Shown here: positions 61,979 to 64,000 of the stretch, one piece after another
Numbering within the stretch: the stretch's first letter is position 1
Layout of the letters: the number at the start of each line of letters is the position of its first letter
From: a virus
DNA: 64,000 nt
IMG/VR virus record: IMGVR_UViG_3300042886_000261
Location: 42,751-106,750 of that record
Direction: 5' to 3' (one strand)
Notes under the pieces: generated by a model
The model's database searches: none
The model's input: the letters and a program-made list of their open reading frames with translations, nothing else
Told to the model about the DNA's origin: nothing
Position numbers and translations under genes: made by a program

Positions 61979-63550
61979 TTAAGAATTGCAACCGCAACCA
62001 CAATTTATAGTTTGATGACAACTATTAGTACTAGGAGTATTACATCCACATCCACAACCTGTATTATGTGTACAACAATCTTGGAAAGGTCTGCATACAT
62101 AATCAGGATTTAAAATTGCTTGTAACTCTAATAATTGAAATTTAATATCAAGTCTATACAAGTCATCTTCTGGACAACATGGAGCAATACCATATCTTTG
62201 TGCTATAACATCTTTATATAGGACCTGAGAGTATGAACAAGCTATTCTCTCATAGTATTCAGTTGAACATGCTGGAGAATTATATCCTGGTCTTACACTT
62301 TTAAAAGGAACATCTGATGGACATCCATTATCTACACATGGACCATTATCAGTATATATTTCAGGAAGATCCCATCCTTCAGGATAGATCCATCTTAATA
62401 CACAAAACTTTACACTATTTTTTCCTGCTGCTAATGTAATTGATTTAATTACATTATCACAATCTTCAAATAAGAAAACTGCAGTTGCATCACTGTTATT
62501 AGTTATTACACTACAGAAACATACTGTATTAGTTAAACATACTTCACATGATTCATATACTGCTTCTACTATAACTAAATCATCTGAAGTATTTACATCA
62601 GTTTCTTCAACATAGTAACATGACTCAGGACAAAATTTAAGTTTAATAATAGATGTTAAGTATGCAGATAAATTAGTAGTTGTATATACTGTTGGAGCTA
62701 TACCTGCACAATCTATTACTGCATATCTTGTTACTGCACATTCTTGACATGTATCATAAGCAATTGATACTGTTACTACTACTGGAGAAGGTACAGCACC
62801 AATATATATACTTACATAAAAGCATCCTTCATATTCATCAAGAGTTACTATTCTATCAACATATACTGATAAGTCTTCTGATGTATATAATACAAAATCA
62901 TCAGCTGGATCACATGATTCTAATCTATAATTAATTATAGGAAGACATGAAATACAATCTGTAAATGTAGTAAGTACTGTTACAGGAATTGGAGTTAAAC
63001 AAACTACTGCAGTTCCTATTTGCCAACATCCTGGAAATTCAGCAAGAGTAACAATTTCACCAAGTGAATAAGAAAATGCTAATTCTTGTGAATTAGATTG
63101 TATTATTTCACGAGTTACACAATTGATTAATTCATAACAGACATCTTGACATTCATATAATTTATCATTAGGAACTTGTACACATGGGTCTCCCATTGTA
63201 ATATTAATATCAGTGCCTACAGCATCTGGATATGATTTTGAACATATTCTTGTTGGAACAGTATCTTCTATAAGTTGACCAAAATGATCTATATAAGTTA
63301 CATTACCTATACCAGTAATTGTATAACATTTAGTTACACAAGGTGTACATGGTTGTTCTATATCAGTTACTACAGGAATTAATGGATATACTACAGTAGT
63401 TACTCTTGTTACATACCAACAACTAATTGGATCTAAAGTAGTAGGCATTAATTTATTAGGAACATATGCACTACATAAAGGACAGTTAGTAGTATCCGTA
63501 TATATTACCTCATCATTAAAACAATTATATAACTTATAAAATGATCCCAT
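61979..63550 (-). CDS. Cys-rich repeat virion protein
   Basis: About 45 Cys in 523 aa; four Y.L..C…C(W/F/Y).V…C..C repeats; CGCGC tail. Confidence 0.65.
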   Translation of the reverse strand: MGSFYKLYNCFNDEVIYTDTTNCPLCSAYVPNKLMPTTLDPISCWYVTRVTTVVYPLIPVVTDIEQPCTPCVTKCYTITGIGNVTYIDHFGQLIEDTVPTRICSKSYPDAVGTDINITMGDPCVQVPNDKLYECQDVCYELINCVTREIIQSNSQELAFSYSLGEIVTLAEFPGCWQIGTAVVCLTPIPVTVLTTFTDCISCLPIINYRLESCDPADDFVLYTSEDLSVYVDRIVTLDEYEGCFYVSIYIGAVPSPVVVTVSIAYDTCQECAVTRYAVIDCAGIAPTVYTTTNLSAYLTSIIKLKFCPESCYYVEETDVNTSDDLVIVEAVYESCEVCLTNTVCFCSVITNNSDATAVFLFEDCDNVIKSITLAAGKNSVKFCVLRWIYPEGWDLPEIYTDNGPCVDNGCPSDVPFKSVRPGYNSPACSTEYYERIACSYSQVLYKDVIAQRYGIAPCCPEDDLYRLDIKFQLLELQAILNPDYVCRPFQDCCTHNTGCGCGCNTPSTNSCHQTINCGCGCNS

Positions 63551-63555
63551 CTTAA

Positions 63556-63693
63556 TTATTTTTTTGGTTGTGATTGTTTAAGTTTCATTTCATAAGCTGA
63601 AATACAGTTTGTACATACTTGTGCTTTATTTGATGCAACTCTTTTTTGACAGCCACATGATAAATTTTTACTGCAGTTTGAACATCTAGCCAT
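63556..63693 (-). CDS. 45-aa Cys-rich peptide (not in ORF track)
   Basis: MARCSNCSKNLSCGCQKRVASNKAQVCTNCISAYEMKLKQSQPKK*; CxxC-CxC-CxxC; fills the gap between neighbours. Confidence 0.7.
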   Translation of the reverse strand: MARCSNCSKNLSCGCQKRVASNKAQVCTNCISAYEMKLKQSQPKK

Positions 63694-63713
63694 AATTTTG
63701 GTTTTTTAATGGT

Positions 63714-64000
63714 TTAACAATTTTTACACTCTATCTTACGCATTATCTTTAATGCATAATTATATAAAGTCATTCCGTGAGTTGGTTCATGACAGAATTC
63801 TACTTTTGCTTTTGCAGCATCCAAGTACATCTTAGCCATCTTCAATATCTCTAATTTCTTTTGAATATTTGCTGGTGGTTCACACGCAGCAAGATCTAAT
63901 TTACATAAAATATTATTATAAATATTTAATGCTCTTGTAATTCTTAAATGATTATATATTACAAATACTGTATCATTAGGAGACACACTATATTTAATAA
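63714..64000 (-). CDS. hypothetical virion-module protein, 5'-truncated by the window edge
   Basis: Frame stays open upstream of the track start (…IKYSVSPND…) to the window end. Confidence 0.6.
   Translation of the reverse strand, partial: IKYSVSPNDTVFVIYNHLRITRALNIYNNILCKLDLAACEPPANIQKKLEILKMAKMYLDAAKAKVEFCHEPTHGMTLYNYALKIMRKIECKNC

Noticed and set aside
3270-62934. Short antisense or alternate-frame ORFs in the track (e.g. 3270-3470, 4406-4600, 4651-4878, 4978-5292, 6539-6841, 21489-21773, 29749-30078, 32100-32438, 43506-44736, 50452-50719, 51878-55188, 60210-60443, 62680-62934)
   Set aside because: Nested in long genes, with the S/L/F/I-rich or Y/H/L-rich composition typical of shadow frames
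1-64000. Stop-codon reassignment, known in some crAss-like phages
   Set aside because: Genes up to 12 kb are open in the standard code, and TAG/TGA end genes at sensible junctions (e.g. 6028, 8397, 58380)
1-64000. CRISPR arrays, tRNA or rRNA genes
   Set aside because: Intergenic gaps are short, and no repeat-spacer periodicity or cloverleaf/T-loop signature was seen

Overview
This window is a 64-kb, AT-rich segment of a crAss-like (Crassvirales-related) dsDNA phage, probably of a Bacteroidota host. That placement is inferred from gene content and order; no search was run. Two convergent blocks meet at tandem terminators near 15.0-15.1 kb. The + strand (1-14978) is the replication/early block: Sak4-like ATPase, SSB-like protein, primase, GIY-YIG protein, small ORFs, a VWA-metallopeptidase/MoxR AAA+ pair, PD-(D/E)XK exonuclease, family-B DNA polymerase and a DUF932-like protein. 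The - strand (64000-15124) is the late block: Cys-rich outer proteins/fibres, IHF-like protein, two ring proteins, muzzle, four cargo-like proteins, then four very large or linked proteins including a ~4,170-aa virion RNA polymerase fused to metallopeptidase, SLOG and Dda-like helicase domains. The strongest unexplained signal is in those last four genes (~7,750 aa). By my reading they contain only six cysteines, one at each side of every gene junction (…DLDC*/MVNC…, …KKSC*/MAC…, …KNLC*/MYC…), suggesting a head-to-tail Cys-linked chain of ejected proteins. Other notable signals are an A10 frameshift hiding the true vRNAP start, short DNA repeats bounding in-frame domain cassettes, a recurring xxGG / LxKAQxG motif across three cargo proteins, and strong CpG (especially TCG/CGA) depletion. 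No tRNA, rRNA or CRISPR array was seen.
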